DNA of 63,979 nt, filler included, from Barthelona sp. PAP020 (GCA_040182905.1; 3 parts of 3 records of this genome joined end to end with filler, not necessarily neighbours in it), one strand, 5' to 3'. Shown: positions 49,478 to 60,483, numbered from the whole stretch's first letter. Numbers and translations are program-made. The notes: generated by a model from the sequence alone, not told the origin.

Positions 49478-49783
49478 TGGTCAAGTTGTGAAACAGCAAC
49501 ATTTTTTCATAAAGAAAAAGCAATCAGAGAAAACTCATTTCATTAAATCTCAGCCACAGAAAATGAGTGGTTACAATTGAATCTATCTCATCAAGTATGA
49601 AAATTGTCGAAAAATTCTTCATTCCCATTCTCTTGTCTTTTTGCAGAAGCAAAATTTTAAAGTTCAAACTTTACCTTAGAAAATCTAAAGTTCGTCAACA
49701 GATCAATCGGGCCTTGAAAGCCTTTAACAAAATAAACAGTATTCTTTTTTATTCACTCATACGCACAGTGCTTGACTTGGAAA
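49478..49783 (-). repeat. Dispersed ~310-bp repeat, copy 2 (inverted relative to copy 1)
   Basis: Reverse complement aligns with 47803-48110, with scattered substitutions and small indels. Confidence 0.85.
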
Positions 49784-50494
49784 CAATTGCTTTTGTGAAA
49801 TACAAACAACAGGGACAAGAGAATTTTACTCAAATTAGTATTTTCTTCCATTTTTTATTTTTTCAATAAATGCACCGTACTAGATTTAAAAATTGTTAAA
49901 TGACTGCTAACAGCTCAATTTCATTATTATTGTATTCAATTTATTTAAATTTCTTTCAAATGAATCATTGTGACATTTGTGAGGGAACTTTCTCTTTCCA
50001 TCCAAACAAAAAATAATCAATTTTTTGGAACTTTTCCAAAAGAAGTGAACTTAAGAAGTGTGGTCTCAAAGAAAAAGTTAGAATGATGGCTGTTCTTCAT
50101 GGATTCTTTTGTCAAAGGCCCCCAGTTCTTAATTGGCAAAAAATTAATTTTATCAGTTTATAGATTTCATAAGTAACAAAAGACAAAAAAATTTTTTAGT
50201 TAAAAGATGAATCCTTAAAAGTCACTTCAAGATTCTAAATTCTTCGCATCTTTTGATCTTTAATGGAAAATTTTGTTTAATATGTACTGTTTAGCCAATC
50301 ATTTTATCCAAATAGGCTTGTTTGAGAAACTTTCTCATCATTTGAAAGAAGCGAAAGTTTTTTCTCTTTTACCAAAAGAAGTCGTAAATTTTTTAATTGT
50401 GATGCAAGAATCAGCAAAATTATGAGAAATCTAAATCCAATATTTGAAAAATTTGAGATTTTTGGAATTTATTTTTGATTTAGATTCTGTTTAA

Positions 50495-51961
50495 ATGGCT
50501 GGTGCGAATATTACTGGAACCATTGCACCTTTTTCTGCATTTACTTTAATCTTTAATCTTGTGGTTGGCATTGGAAGTATGACTTTGCCTTCTCATTTTT
50601 ATGAAGCTGGATTAGTTTTATCCATTGTGCTTATATCATTTTTATCCATTATATCCTATATCTCTGCAAGTTATGTTGTTGAAGCTATGTCGATTTGTAA
50701 TGCTTTAAGCTTGTTTGAAAAAAAGGAAACTACTTCCTCAATTAATTCTGAAACTACGGCTCTTATCGAACATATGTCTAGTGATGCTAATAATTCTGAT
50801 GAAATTATGAATTTAGATAACGAAAAACATAACAATCCTTATGATTTACATGAAAGAATCGAATATTCCAAAATGGCAAAGTTACTTTATAGCAAAAATT
50901 TTCAAATTTTCCATTCTATTATTTTCATTCTTTATTTTTTGGGTGATTTAGCAATTTACTCAGTTGGTGCACCTCGATCATTTAAAACTTGGGATTGTTT
51001 CAAAGAGTTTACTCTTTTTGGTATGGAATTTGCTGGAATGGGAGCTACTCGAGTTTTGTTGTGTGTTTTTGCTTGTATTGTCCTTCCTTTAGCTATGTAT
51101 GACATGAGTAACATTAGGATTATTCAATGGATTACCTTAGTTCTTAGAATCGTTGCTTTTTTTACAATGGTTGTGTTAGGTTTAAACCATTTTTTTGGGT
51201 TAAAGAGTACAAACACATTTCACTGGAATGACATTCCTCAAATAAACATAAGTTCTATTCCTTTACTTTTGGGGCCAATGGTTTATTCTTTTATGTCTCA
51301 TCATTCATTACCTTCTATGTTAACCCCTGTTGAAAAATCTCCCAAAAAAGGAAAAACCATCAGGAAGTTGGTAATAGGCGACTTTGTGCTCATAACTGTT
51401 TCTTATCTATTGTTGTCATCTTCAGCTTTATTGGCTTTCAGTGATCCTACACTTCCTGATGTATGTCCAATGACAAGTGGTGTTGCTTGTAAGATTCAAG
51501 AACTGTATTTTCAAAATTTTGCTTCATATTCTATTAGACCTATTGCTTTTTTCCTCGAAACCTTTCCAATCATTGTATTTACAACTGTTTGGCCTCTTAT
51601 TGCCATTACTTTAAAATCTAACATTAATCAGTTGTTACCCGATTTGGGGAAATGGGAAAATAATCGTTCTAAAATTGTGTTTTTGTTGGCCGTAATTCCC
51701 CCTCTTACTGTCGGTTTGTTTACTGATGATGTTGGCTCTTTAGTAACAATTTCTGGAGGATTTTGTGGTGTTTTTATTCAGTTTATTTTTCCCGCTTTGT
51801 TTGTTCGTAGAGCAAGAAAATTGGCCGAAGAAGTTCACATTTTAAAAGATTCAAAGAATTCTTATCAATCACCTTTTCAGTCAGATTTTTGGTGCAAATT
51901 CGTTTTGGCTTTTTCTGCTCTGATTATTGTTTCTCAAATTTATCGTTTTATTCATGGTTGA
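50495..51961 (+). CDS. TMEM104-like amino-acid transporter (Aa_trans family)
   Basis: FNLVVGIGSMTLP, SYVVEAMS, ERIEYSKMA, YFLGDLAIY, YSFMSHHSLPS. About 11 hydrophobic segments. Confidence 0.85.
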   Translation: MAGANITGTIAPFSAFTLIFNLVVGIGSMTLPSHFYEAGLVLSIVLISFLSIISYISASYVVEAMSICNALSLFEKKETTSSINSETTALIEHMSSDANNSDEIMNLDNEKHNNPYDLHERIEYSKMAKLLYSKNFQIFHSIIFILYFLGDLAIYSVGAPRSFKTWDCFKEFTLFGMEFAGMGATRVLLCVFACIVLPLAMYDMSNIRIIQWITLVLRIVAFFTMVVLGLNHFFGLKSTNTFHWNDIPQINISSIPLLLGPMVYSFMSHHSLPSMLTPVEKSPKKGKTIRKLVIGDFVLITVSYLLLSSSALLAFSDPTLPDVCPMTSGVACKIQELYFQNFASYSIRPIAFFLETFPIIVFTTVWPLIAITLKSNINQLLPDLGKWENNRSKIVFLLAVIPPLTVGLFTDDVGSLVTISGGFCGVFIQFIFPALFVRRARKLAEEVHILKDSKNSYQSPFQSDFWCKFVLAFSALIIVSQIYRFIHG

Positions 51962-52134
51962 CATTTTTTTTATTTATTTTAAGGTTTTTCCATATTTTCA
52001 ATGTTCTTCAATATAAATATTCACTCTTTTTATTTGTGCTGATGATTTATTTTTGTTTTTCATCAAAAGAACAATGAATATTGTTGGGTTTTTTTTTCTG
52101 TTTGATCATTTGTTTTTTCATTCCAACAATTTAA

Positions 52135-52857
52135 ATGATTTTTATTCTTGGAATAACATGTGTTTTTTTGACAATGTGTTTATTGTACTTGTGTTACATT
52201 GGAATATTCGAAAGACCTGTGATTGATAGTTCTTATGAGTTTTCAGGTGGAATTATTGCATACAAACCGTAATTTTTGATAGTGATTTTAAGAAATTCTA
52301 ACGATAGATTCATTGGACATCCTCTAAGAATCTCAACCCCTCTTGACCAATTGTTTGATGAATTAATAGGTGATGGATTTTGTGTCAAATATGGTTTGGG
52401 AATTTTTTTTACTGATCCTTCGGTTACCCCCAAAAATGAAAATTATGGCATTGCAGCTTATATGTTTGATGAAGTTGAAAACAATGATATAATTAACAGA
52501 TTGTCAGACAGTGGTTTTATTGTCACAAAATTACCCTCAATTAAATGTTACAATTGTTATTTTCCTAACAAAAATTTTCTTAGTTTTTATTTTGCTCGTT
52601 TGAAAGTTTACCCAAAATTAAAGCAATTTATTGCATTAAAGGAACATAAAAATGCCAAATATTTGAACAAATTATCGTTTGAATTGTATTTTAAAGATAA
52701 AATCTCAATTTTATATCCTTATGATGACCATTGTTTTGATCATTTGAAACAAGTTGCTTGGGACTACAGAAATGATCAATTACAGAATATAATTAATACT
52801 ACAATGGATTTAGAAACTATCATTGCTGATGAGATTATTGCTGATGAAATTAATTGA
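52135..52857 (+). CDS. TEX264-like membrane-anchored GyrI-like domain protein (exons 52135-52268 and 52308-52857, 227 aa)
   Basis: Spliced protein MIFILGITCVFLTMCLLYLCYIGIF..IIAYKPFIGH..GIFFTDPSVTP..GFIVTKLP..FPNKNFLSFYFARLKVYPKLKQFI..FELY..ILYP parallels TEX264 (GYSGLL..VAYKFHMG..AVYYDNP..GFKVFSFP..FPYTTILSIWLATRRVHPALDTYI..LEIY..FMCP). Confidence 0.75.
52269..52307 (+). other. 39-nt spliceosomal intron in the TEX264-like gene
   Basis: GTAATTTTTGATAGTGATTTTAAGAAATTCTAACGATAG contains the in-frame TAA (52270) and a TTCTAAC branch point. Removal restores AYKPFIG. Confidence 0.85.
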
Positions 52858-53132
52858 TAGTTTTTGGTAATGTAAATAGATACATGAAATTTTAATTTTC
52901 TTTTTTTTTGCAATCATTTCAATTGGCTAAGTTTTTTTGAGACATTAAGATTTTTTAATATTAAATATTGTTGGTTGTTAAAATGTGGTGTAAAGATAAG
53001 ATTTTTCTTTATTTGGAAAGAAATAAAAATTAAAAAGATAATAATTTTTTTTCATATATTTGTATGAATTTGAGAATATTTGTTAGTGATCAATTATAAT
53101 ATAATTCTTGTTAATACAAAATAGATTAAAAA

Positions 53133-56100
53133 ATGGTGAAAATTAGAAATGTTTTATTTGAATTTTTAAGATATGAAAATACGTTGACTGATGATTGGAT
53201 AAAAGAAAAAACATCAAGATATGTAATAATTAAAGATGAGTATATATCCCACATGGAAAATGGAACAGTTGTATACAATTTTTGTAAACATATTTCCAAA
53301 AAATATAATTGGGATTCAATTGGTATTCCAAATATTAAGAATCTAACGACTCCTGCAGCAAAATTATACAATTGGAAACGTTTAATAGAAGTATTATATC
53401 AAATGTTTCATATTAAAGTTGAAGATTTTGTTTTGGACTTAATTATATCAGGAGATGTTGATATTATCTTGGATTTATTAAATGAAATGAAAAGTATTGT
53501 GGAAGAACGTTTAAAGATTAGAAAGAAATTAAATTTGGATGTGAAAACTCCTCCAATTCATGATTTTACCAAAGTTGATACTGTAGAGAATGTGGATATC
53601 TTTGAAAAAATAAATGTCATTGAAGAGATTGATTGTCCACCGATGAGAGATGTATCGAATGTGTTAGACATGTTGATTGTATCATTGAGTACGAATTTCA
53701 ATTTGAGTAGCACGCAAGCTTTGTATGCTTTAACTGCTAAGTTGTCTGGATTGAGATTTGTTTTGGAACATGGTGTACAAGGTTCAATAAATCCAATTGT
53801 TGGATTTTTAACAATGTTAAATGAACATATTGATATTTTAGCAAAGTGTGTGAAAGAAGAATCACCTAGTGTATTAAAATATTTGGCAAATTTATTGAGT
53901 GCATGTTTTACATCTAATCATATTGAAATAGTATCCACGAGTACTGTATGTATGTTAGAATTAGTAATTAGATTGGATAAACCACAATTAAAAGTAGTTT
54001 ATGATTGGTTAATGGATATTACTGAATATATTCCATTCATTGCTTTAGTAACTGCTATGTATTCTATGGAATTAAATACTTATGTATTAAATTTGATTTC
54101 AGCAATCACTTTTAATTTTGCTGAAGAATTTTTAGACTGTAATGTTTTAACATCTTATTTTAAATCTTCAGGTCAATTAATGGATTTTCTTCATTTATTA
54201 ATTCCTTCCTATGATCAATTTTTACCTATCACTTATGATCGTATAAAAATGATTTATTTCATTTTCAACACAATTAATACAACTACTTGGTTTCCAACAA
54301 AAGCTTTAGGCATTCAATGTTTATCAACTGTCATCATTGATTATTGTGAACATTGTTCATTTTCTTCTTCAAATCAACAACAACAAGATGTTGATGATCA
54401 AGAAGGTGATAAAGAAATGATTAAAGTGATTGAAGAAATTATTGAATTCATCGATGAAACATGTCCAGATAATATTGTCAATGATTTTGATCGTATGTTA
54501 AGTATGGTATGTGTCTCATCATTGGTAAAGATATTCATGATGGAAAATCAAAGAGAACCTGATGATGATGATGAGAATGAGGATAGAGATAAAAAAAAAG
54601 AAGCAGGCAAAATTCTTAGCAGAATTTTTTTGATCATTTTTCAAAAATTAGTTTTGCTATATCATGATATTATTTTTAAAGATCATTTATTGCTCTTATT
54701 GATTCCAATTATCCAATCTAATGAATCATCCAACAGAAAGTCATTACCTATACATTTACTCTTGATTATTTTATATAAATTGTTAAGAGTTGATTTGATT
54801 GGTGAAGCAGATATCAATATTTTACATGTTTTAACGCATTCTAATGATTTGTTACATGAAGAAGATTGTTTAATAATATTTCGAATTTTTGGAGAAATCT
54901 TTTTAAATAATTCAATGTTGATGCCATTGGTTATCAATGATATGATTCATTTGTTGGGGAATTATGGTAATTCTGCTCGTTTAATATTTGAAGTCAAACA
55001 TTTTATTCAAAATTTATTAGTTCGCATTCAAAATTCAATTGTTGACGATGTTTATGCTAGTTTTATTTTGGATTTTGCTTTTAGAATTCTATATTTAAAT
55101 AACCCAAGTTTAAATGAAGAATTTATGACTATTACCACTTCATCTATTGATGTTTCATCCATGAATAGTTTTGCTTCAGAGAATTTAATTTTATTGAAAG
55201 CTTTTCTTGAAGCTAAAGTAAAATATGAGTTTCCTCCTGTTATTAATATCAGTGCATATGATTCAATGAAACCTACCCCTCCTGTAACATTTGAATTTTA
55301 TCAAATATGGCAAGAAGAATCAATTAAAAAGGAGAATATTATGGAAATTGATAAAATTGATAAAATTGACAAAACATTTGAAAATAATGTTGATTTGGAC
55401 GTTGAAATTGATTCAGTATCTGGAAAATCTAATAATAACGCCACAATTGGATCGATTGTTTCATTTGATCATCAAATTCATCCATATGGTGAATTGAGTG
55501 ACATCCGAAGATTTCAATTAAAAATAAATTACAATCTAACAAATGTAGAATGGGGATCAACCATGTTTAATACCAAATTGATTCAATCCATCATATTAAA
55601 ACAAGATAGTTTATCCCCTCGAAAACATTTGTTTAGAAAGGTGAAAAAAGTTGATACAAAACAATTACGTAAACAAAGAATGATGGAAATCAACCGTATT
55701 AAGGAGGAAAGAAAGAGAAAAGTGGAAATGTTAAACAAACAAAAGGAAGCCAAACAAAGAAGAGAAGTTGAAATCAAAAGAAAATTGGAAAAGATTAGAC
55801 ATAAAAGATTAAAAGAAATCAATTTAAGGAAAGAATTATCATTTGAAGAAGTTAATGACTATTTAATTGTTGATGATGAAATGATAGTTGCCAGACCTTT
55901 TCCTTTTGATGATTCTGAACGAATTTGGTTGATGAAAAATGAAGAAGATAAGAAATTTGAATTTTTACTCAGGTTGCAAGAAAAATTGCAAGAACGTGAA
56001 TTACGATTGATGGAAAATGAAGAATATTCAATTGTTAAAAAACAACGGGATGAATTATTGCAAAATCAAAGCCCTTCTAAACAAAATCAATCAACTATTT

Positions 56101-57212
56101 ATTCAAGGTTAGAAAAAGTGAAGAAATTGGCTGCTGAAGCAAAAGAACAAAGAATTACTTATCAAACTAAATTGGATGCGTATGAAAAACATAAGAACAA
56201 GTTAGAAAATGAAGCAAAAGAATCACGAAAGAAAAACATGAAAGAAAAAAAACTCAAAGAAAAATTACATCAAAAACGAAGAGAAGAAATAATGAATGAA
56301 ATGGATAAGAGACGAAAAGAAATTGAAAATGAACGTGAAAAGAAAAATGAAGAAGAAAAGCTTGAAAAACAAAAACTTAAACAAATAAATAGAAAAAAAG
56401 CAAAAGAACTTGAAGATTTAAGATTAAAATGGCAACAAGAAGCTGAAGAACAGAGAGAAAAAATTAATTTGAAGCAAAAAGAAATGTTACAAGAGAAAGA
56501 AAAAGAAAAACTTGAACAAATGGAAAAAGATCGTCAAAGAATGAAACTATTCAGACAAAGAAAAGAAGAGATCAAACACATGAATGAACAAAGTGAAATT
56601 GAGAGTAAATTAATGAAAGAAGCCGAAATGTTCACTTGGAAACGTGAAAAAAGTCAAAGAAAACAAGAAAGAGAAGAATTCCAAAAATTTTTAGATGCTA
56701 AGACGAAGTCTTATTTGAAAGAAGCCAAAGAGAAAAACGAACTTAAAAAAAAGCGTAAAGCAAAAAGAGAACAATTGGATGAACAACGTGAATTGAGAGA
56801 AGCACAATTAGTTGAAGAAGCTTCAAAACGTATCACAAAGGACAGCAATTATATCCGTCGTAGGCAAGCTGAAAAGAAAGAAAACTATTTGATGGCTTTG
56901 AATGAGAAATTTTCCGTTAAACGAGAAGATTATGATCACAAGCAATCTATTGTAAATTCACCTGTTCGTCATCGAAGAAGGGTTGTTTCATCTCGAAAAC
57001 CAAATAACAAGACCGAAAATGAGGAAGATGTGGTTTTGGAACAAGTTATTGTTGAAGACCTTACCAATGATTTAAATAATGGAATTGATGTTAATGATCA
57101 TACTGATACTGAACAATATGATGAGTCACACATGAATGAAGTAGAAGATGAAATTGAAATTGAAAATCCTGTTGAAATTCCTGAACAAAATGATGTTGAA
57201 AATAGTTCTTGA
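53133..57212 (+). CDS. Calponin-homology (Spef1/Spef2-type) + helical repeat + long coiled-coil protein, probably cytoskeletal or flagellar
   Basis: N-terminal MENGTVV..TPAAKLYNWKRLIEVL..IISGD resembles the CH_2 domain. Hydrophobic HEAT/ARM-like middle and a Lys/Glu/Arg-rich coiled coil. Confidence 0.65.
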   Translation: MVKIRNVLFEFLRYENTLTDDWIKEKTSRYVIIKDEYISHMENGTVVYNFCKHISKKYNWDSIGIPNIKNLTTPAAKLYNWKRLIEVLYQMFHIKVEDFVLDLIISGDVDIILDLLNEMKSIVEERLKIRKKLNLDVKTPPIHDFTKVDTVENVDIFEKINVIEEIDCPPMRDVSNVLDMLIVSLSTNFNLSSTQALYALTAKLSGLRFVLEHGVQGSINPIVGFLTMLNEHIDILAKCVKEESPSVLKYLANLLSACFTSNHIEIVSTSTVCMLELVIRLDKPQLKVVYDWLMDITEYIPFIALVTAMYSMELNTYVLNLISAITFNFAEEFLDCNVLTSYFKSSGQLMDFLHLLIPSYDQFLPITYDRIKMIYFIFNTINTTTWFPTKALGIQCLSTVIIDYCEHCSFSSSNQQQQDVDDQEGDKEMIKVIEEIIEFIDETCPDNIVNDFDRMLSMVCVSSLVKIFMMENQREPDDDDENEDRDKKKEAGKILSRIFLIIFQKLVLLYHDIIFKDHLLLLLIPIIQSNESSNRKSLPIHLLLIILYKLLRVDLIGEADINILHVLTHSNDLLHEEDCLIIFRIFGEIFLNNSMLMPLVINDMIHLLGNYGNSARLIFEVKHFIQNLLVRIQNSIVDDVYASFILDFAFRILYLNNPSLNEEFMTITTSSIDVSSMNSFASENLILLKAFLEAKVKYEFPPVINISAYDSMKPTPPVTFEFYQIWQEESIKKENIMEIDKIDKIDKTFENNVDLDVEIDSVSGKSNNNATIGSIVSFDHQIHPYGELSDIRRFQLKINYNLTNVEWGSTMFNTKLIQSIILKQDSLSPRKHLFRKVKKVDTKQLRKQRMMEINRIKEERKRKVEMLNKQKEAKQRREVEIKRKLEKIRHKRLKEINLRKELSFEEVNDYLIVDDEMIVARPFPFDDSERIWLMKNEEDKKFEFLLRLQEKLQERELRLMENEEYSIVKKQRDELLQNQSPSKQNQSTIYSRLEKVKKLAAEAKEQRITYQTKLDAYEKHKNKLENEAKESRKKNMKEKKLKEKLHQKRREEIMNEMDKRRKEIENEREKKNEEEKLEKQKLKQINRKKAKELEDLRLKWQQEAEEQREKINLKQKEMLQEKEKEKLEQMEKDRQRMKLFRQRKEEIKHMNEQSEIESKLMKEAEMFTWKREKSQRKQEREEFQKFLDAKTKSYLKEAKEKNELKKKRKAKREQLDEQRELREAQLVEEASKRITKDSNYIRRRQAEKKENYLMALNEKFSVKREDYDHKQSIVNSPVRHRRRVVSSRKPNNKTENEEDVVLEQVIVEDLTNDLNNGIDVNDHTDTEQYDESHMNEVEDEIEIENPVEIPEQNDVENSS

Positions 57213-57699
57213 ACATATCAAAATGAAAATTGAAGATACGCAATGTATAAAAAAATTGTAAAGTGCTTTATTGCAGAAGTTTTTCAGTTTTTTTTTGTTT
57301 TCTTTTTTAAGAAAATATTATTTCAAGCTAAAACGTTCTGAACCTACAACTAAATAAGATAGAATAGGCTTTATTTGGTTTAAAATTTTTGAGCCTTTAT
57401 CCGTTGAGAATGAAAAGATCATGACTTCATATTTGCTCAAATAAATTTTAAAAAGTTAATCAATTTGGTTTATTTACCTCACAACTTCGTTTATTTGAAG
57501 AGAAAAGACATGAAAGATAGTTTCATTTGGCTCTTTTCACACCTTAAAAAACTGATGAAATGAAATGTTGTGAACGAAAACTAATCCTCAACATACATAT
57601 TTCCGAATTATAAAATTGATTGTTGGTTAATACAATTGTTTTTGTTTTTCAAACAAGAAAAGACAATTTTAAGTGTGTATAGTTTATAAAGTGTTTCTT

Positions 57700-58218
57700 T
57701 CAAACAATTTTATTTTTATTTGCCATTATGTTTAAATATTCTTCTTTTGAAATACCTTTAGGTATCTTTAATTTGATATTTCTCTTCAATATCAAAGGCT
57801 CACAATTTTCTCCACACTCAGGATGTAACGAAATGAATAATTTTTTGGCAGATTCAAAAGAGCAAATATTTTTGTTCTTTTTAATATTTCTAATCTCGTT
57901 ATCTAATGCTCTTTCTAAAGCTCTAATTGATTCATCCAAAAAAATTATTTTTCCATGTAAATTTAGCAATTCAAGACATTTTCGATCATATTTACTTTTT
58001 AAGGTTTGCACTGATTTCTTTAATACTTTCATAAATTGTTGTTCTGAGACAGTAACAATGGGAGATTGCGCATTGTTTGATCTTGAGTCAACAAATTCTT
58101 TGGCATAAGAAAATATTGTATCCATCTCTGAATCTTCAAAATTGTCATTTTTTAATAAATTTGGGGATGATTGAGAGAACTCTGAAAATGTAGGAGAATT
58201 CTCATATGTTTGTTTCAT
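57700..58218 (-). CDS. Hypothetical 172-aa protein with short coiled coil
   Basis: ATG-initiated ORF with coding-like composition. No family recognised. Confidence 0.5.
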   Translation of the reverse strand: MKQTYENSPTFSEFSQSSPNLLKNDNFEDSEMDTIFSYAKEFVDSRSNNAQSPIVTVSEQQFMKVLKKSVQTLKSKYDRKCLELLNLHGKIIFLDESIRALERALDNEIRNIKKNKNICSFESAKKLFISLHPECGENCEPLILKRNIKLKIPKGISKEEYLNIMANKNKIV

Positions 58219-58642
58219 TATTTAACGATTCAAATAACGATAACAACAAATAAAATGTGTATCAATGTTCATAAAGCTATATAAACTTATGAAGGAATGA
58301 TAATAAAATATGAAAACAAAACCGATTTCCAATTTCTGATCAGAAAAAAATTTTTCTTACGAACAAAATCATCACAGCTTCAAGTTTTGGTTCCTATGCA
58401 ACAAATCAACCTTTCTAGTGGATAAAGATGAAAACATTTATTGGTTATTTTAGAGTATGTTGTCAAAATAAAGATCCAAGACAGCGAAAAAAAAATAAAA
58501 ATAGATGCCTTTTTCCTTTATTTATTTTCTTTTTTAAAATGTTTTTCTTTCTTTAATGCTTAATCTTGTAAAAGAGATATTTTCTCATGTTATTGAAAAA
58601 AATGAAAAAAAAAATTTCAGTTTTTTTTTTTTTTTGAAAAAA

Positions 58643-60199
58643 ATGAAGCACTTTATATTTATTCTAATTGTCAGCTGGTTTATATTATTTTCAACAGTTT
58701 TTTCTGCAACTGTGCTTGAAACAAAAATGACAGAAATTGTAACCAAATTTGATTCGATTGCAGCCGATATTTCCACAGCGTTAAATGATCCATTCGGCAC
58801 AACTTCAACAGATTGTGATTTAATTTTTTGTGATGCTCCATCTAAATTCAATTCATCAAAAATGGTTTGTAATAGTCTTTATCCAAAAGAGGATCTTTGT
58901 AGTTGCACAGCCGGAAGGGTTTCATTTGAATTTGGCTGTGCAGAAAAAGGACCAGTTGAAGACGCACCAGCTTCACTATTAAATGAGCTATGTCGTTTAA
59001 AAAATGTGGATTCAAAATTTCTCAGTTTTTACAATACCATTGCTGGTGTTCGTATTGAATATGTTTATCTTGGTCTTCAAAGTGGTGGATATTACCAAAC
59101 ACCTGCCCAAAGTTTCAGTTCAGAAAAAAAAGATCCAAGCTGTACATCAAATTGCTGTTTGAAAAATACAATTGTTGATACTTTTTATCAATGGGAACCT
59201 CGTACCCGAGGTTGGTATTCAAATCATGCCAGTGCAAAGAAAGACATCATCATAATTGTTGACATATCACAGTCTACTACGTTTAATAATAAAATTGATA
59301 CTGTGAAACAAGCTGTGAATGTTGTTATTGATACATTGACTTATTTGGACCATTTTAATGTCATTATATTCAGTTCATCCGCCAACTATTTGATTCCTCA
59401 GTTGACAGGAATGGTTCCTGGCAGTTCCTATTATCGTGCACTGTTTAAAACAGCTCTTGCAAATGTTCAACCATTTGGAGCTACAAACTTTGAAGCTGGA
59501 TTTCGCAAGGGTTTTGAAGCTTTAGATCTTGGTATTAGTAACGGTAACACCAGTAACTGTGGTCGTGGTGTGATTTTCATGACAGATGGTTCCATGAGTA
59601 TGGGAACTGAAAATGTTCCTGACCTTGTAAAACTTCTCAATACTGATAGTGGTGGAAATAAAAAAGCAGTTCTTTTCACATTTGCCATAGGAACTAGTGC
59701 AGATGAGGAACATTTGCATGAAATTGCTTGTGAAAGTGGTGGAATTTTCAAAAAAGTTCTTGGTGGTGTTTCAATTGCCATGGAATTCGGACAATATTTT
59801 CAGTATTTTGCTAAAGCATACAAAGTTACAGATTCTGCTTGGGGTGAGATTTATGAAGGTGCAGGTACTTATGCTGGTATGTTCTTTGGTGGTGTTGGGA
59901 GACCATTATACAATGCTCAAAACGATTTAATTGGTGTATTGCGTGTGGATGTAAACATTGCTGATATGTCTGCCCTTGCAGATTTCAACACATTCAATAG
60001 CACTTTGTCAAAGTTTTCAGCATCTTGCCCTTCCTATACAATGACAGATGCAGCAATTGAAACATTAAGACCTGATGAATGGAAATGTACCAAAGAAATT
60101 AAATTCACCTCGACTATTCTTTATGTCTCCTATGCAGTTTTTGGACTCAGCACCCTCATTTTCTTAGGTTTTGATTGTTTTTGGGCAAAAAAAAAATAA
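58643..60199 (+). CDS. VWA-domain membrane protein, alpha2delta/CACHD1-like
   Basis: Signal peptide from 58643, WEPRTRGWY (YDPRxRPWY motif), KDIIIIVDISQS MIDAS, FMTDG, LIGVLRVDV cache-like strand, C-terminal TM helix. Confidence 0.8.
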   Translation: MKHFIFILIVSWFILFSTVFSATVLETKMTEIVTKFDSIAADISTALNDPFGTTSTDCDLIFCDAPSKFNSSKMVCNSLYPKEDLCSCTAGRVSFEFGCAEKGPVEDAPASLLNELCRLKNVDSKFLSFYNTIAGVRIEYVYLGLQSGGYYQTPAQSFSSEKKDPSCTSNCCLKNTIVDTFYQWEPRTRGWYSNHASAKKDIIIIVDISQSTTFNNKIDTVKQAVNVVIDTLTYLDHFNVIIFSSSANYLIPQLTGMVPGSSYYRALFKTALANVQPFGATNFEAGFRKGFEALDLGISNGNTSNCGRGVIFMTDGSMSMGTENVPDLVKLLNTDSGGNKKAVLFTFAIGTSADEEHLHEIACESGGIFKKVLGGVSIAMEFGQYFQYFAKAYKVTDSAWGEIYEGAGTYAGMFFGGVGRPLYNAQNDLIGVLRVDVNIADMSALADFNTFNSTLSKFSASCPSYTMTDAAIETLRPDEWKCTKEIKFTSTILYVSYAVFGLSTLIFLGFDCFWAKKK

Positions 60200-60256
60200 T
60201 TTTTGTCTTCCTGTAAAAAAAACTTGTTATTGTATCACAATAAAAATAAATTTTCA

Positions 60257-60257
<1 letters not shown>

Positions 60258-60301
<44 letters not shown>

Positions 60302-60327
60302 TTTTAATTTTTTTTTTTTTTTTTTTT
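60258..60327. repeat. Adjacent long poly-T / poly-A / poly-T tracts between convergent genes
   Basis: Roughly 27 T, 17 A, TTTTAA, then about 20 T. Confidence 0.85.
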
Positions 60328-60483
60328 GATAATTTACCAATTTAAAAGCCTTAAGTAGCAAAAATTTATTGTAAAATAAAGAAAAACTTCTGGAAAAGAA
60401 TTCTCCTTCCATTATCACCTTCTATATGAACAATTTGGACTCTTTACTTTTTGCAAATAAAAGAAAGAATGCTAGAAAAAAAT

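Noticed and set aside
52269..52292. Alternative 24-nt intron ending at TTTAAG
   Set aside because: Also in frame, but it lacks a branch point and leaves an insertion relative to TEX264. The 39-nt form fits better.
60258..60327. Poly-T/poly-A hairpin as a terminator
   Set aside because: Homopolymers are common in this genome's intergenic DNA and prone to sequencing error. No specific function is supportable.
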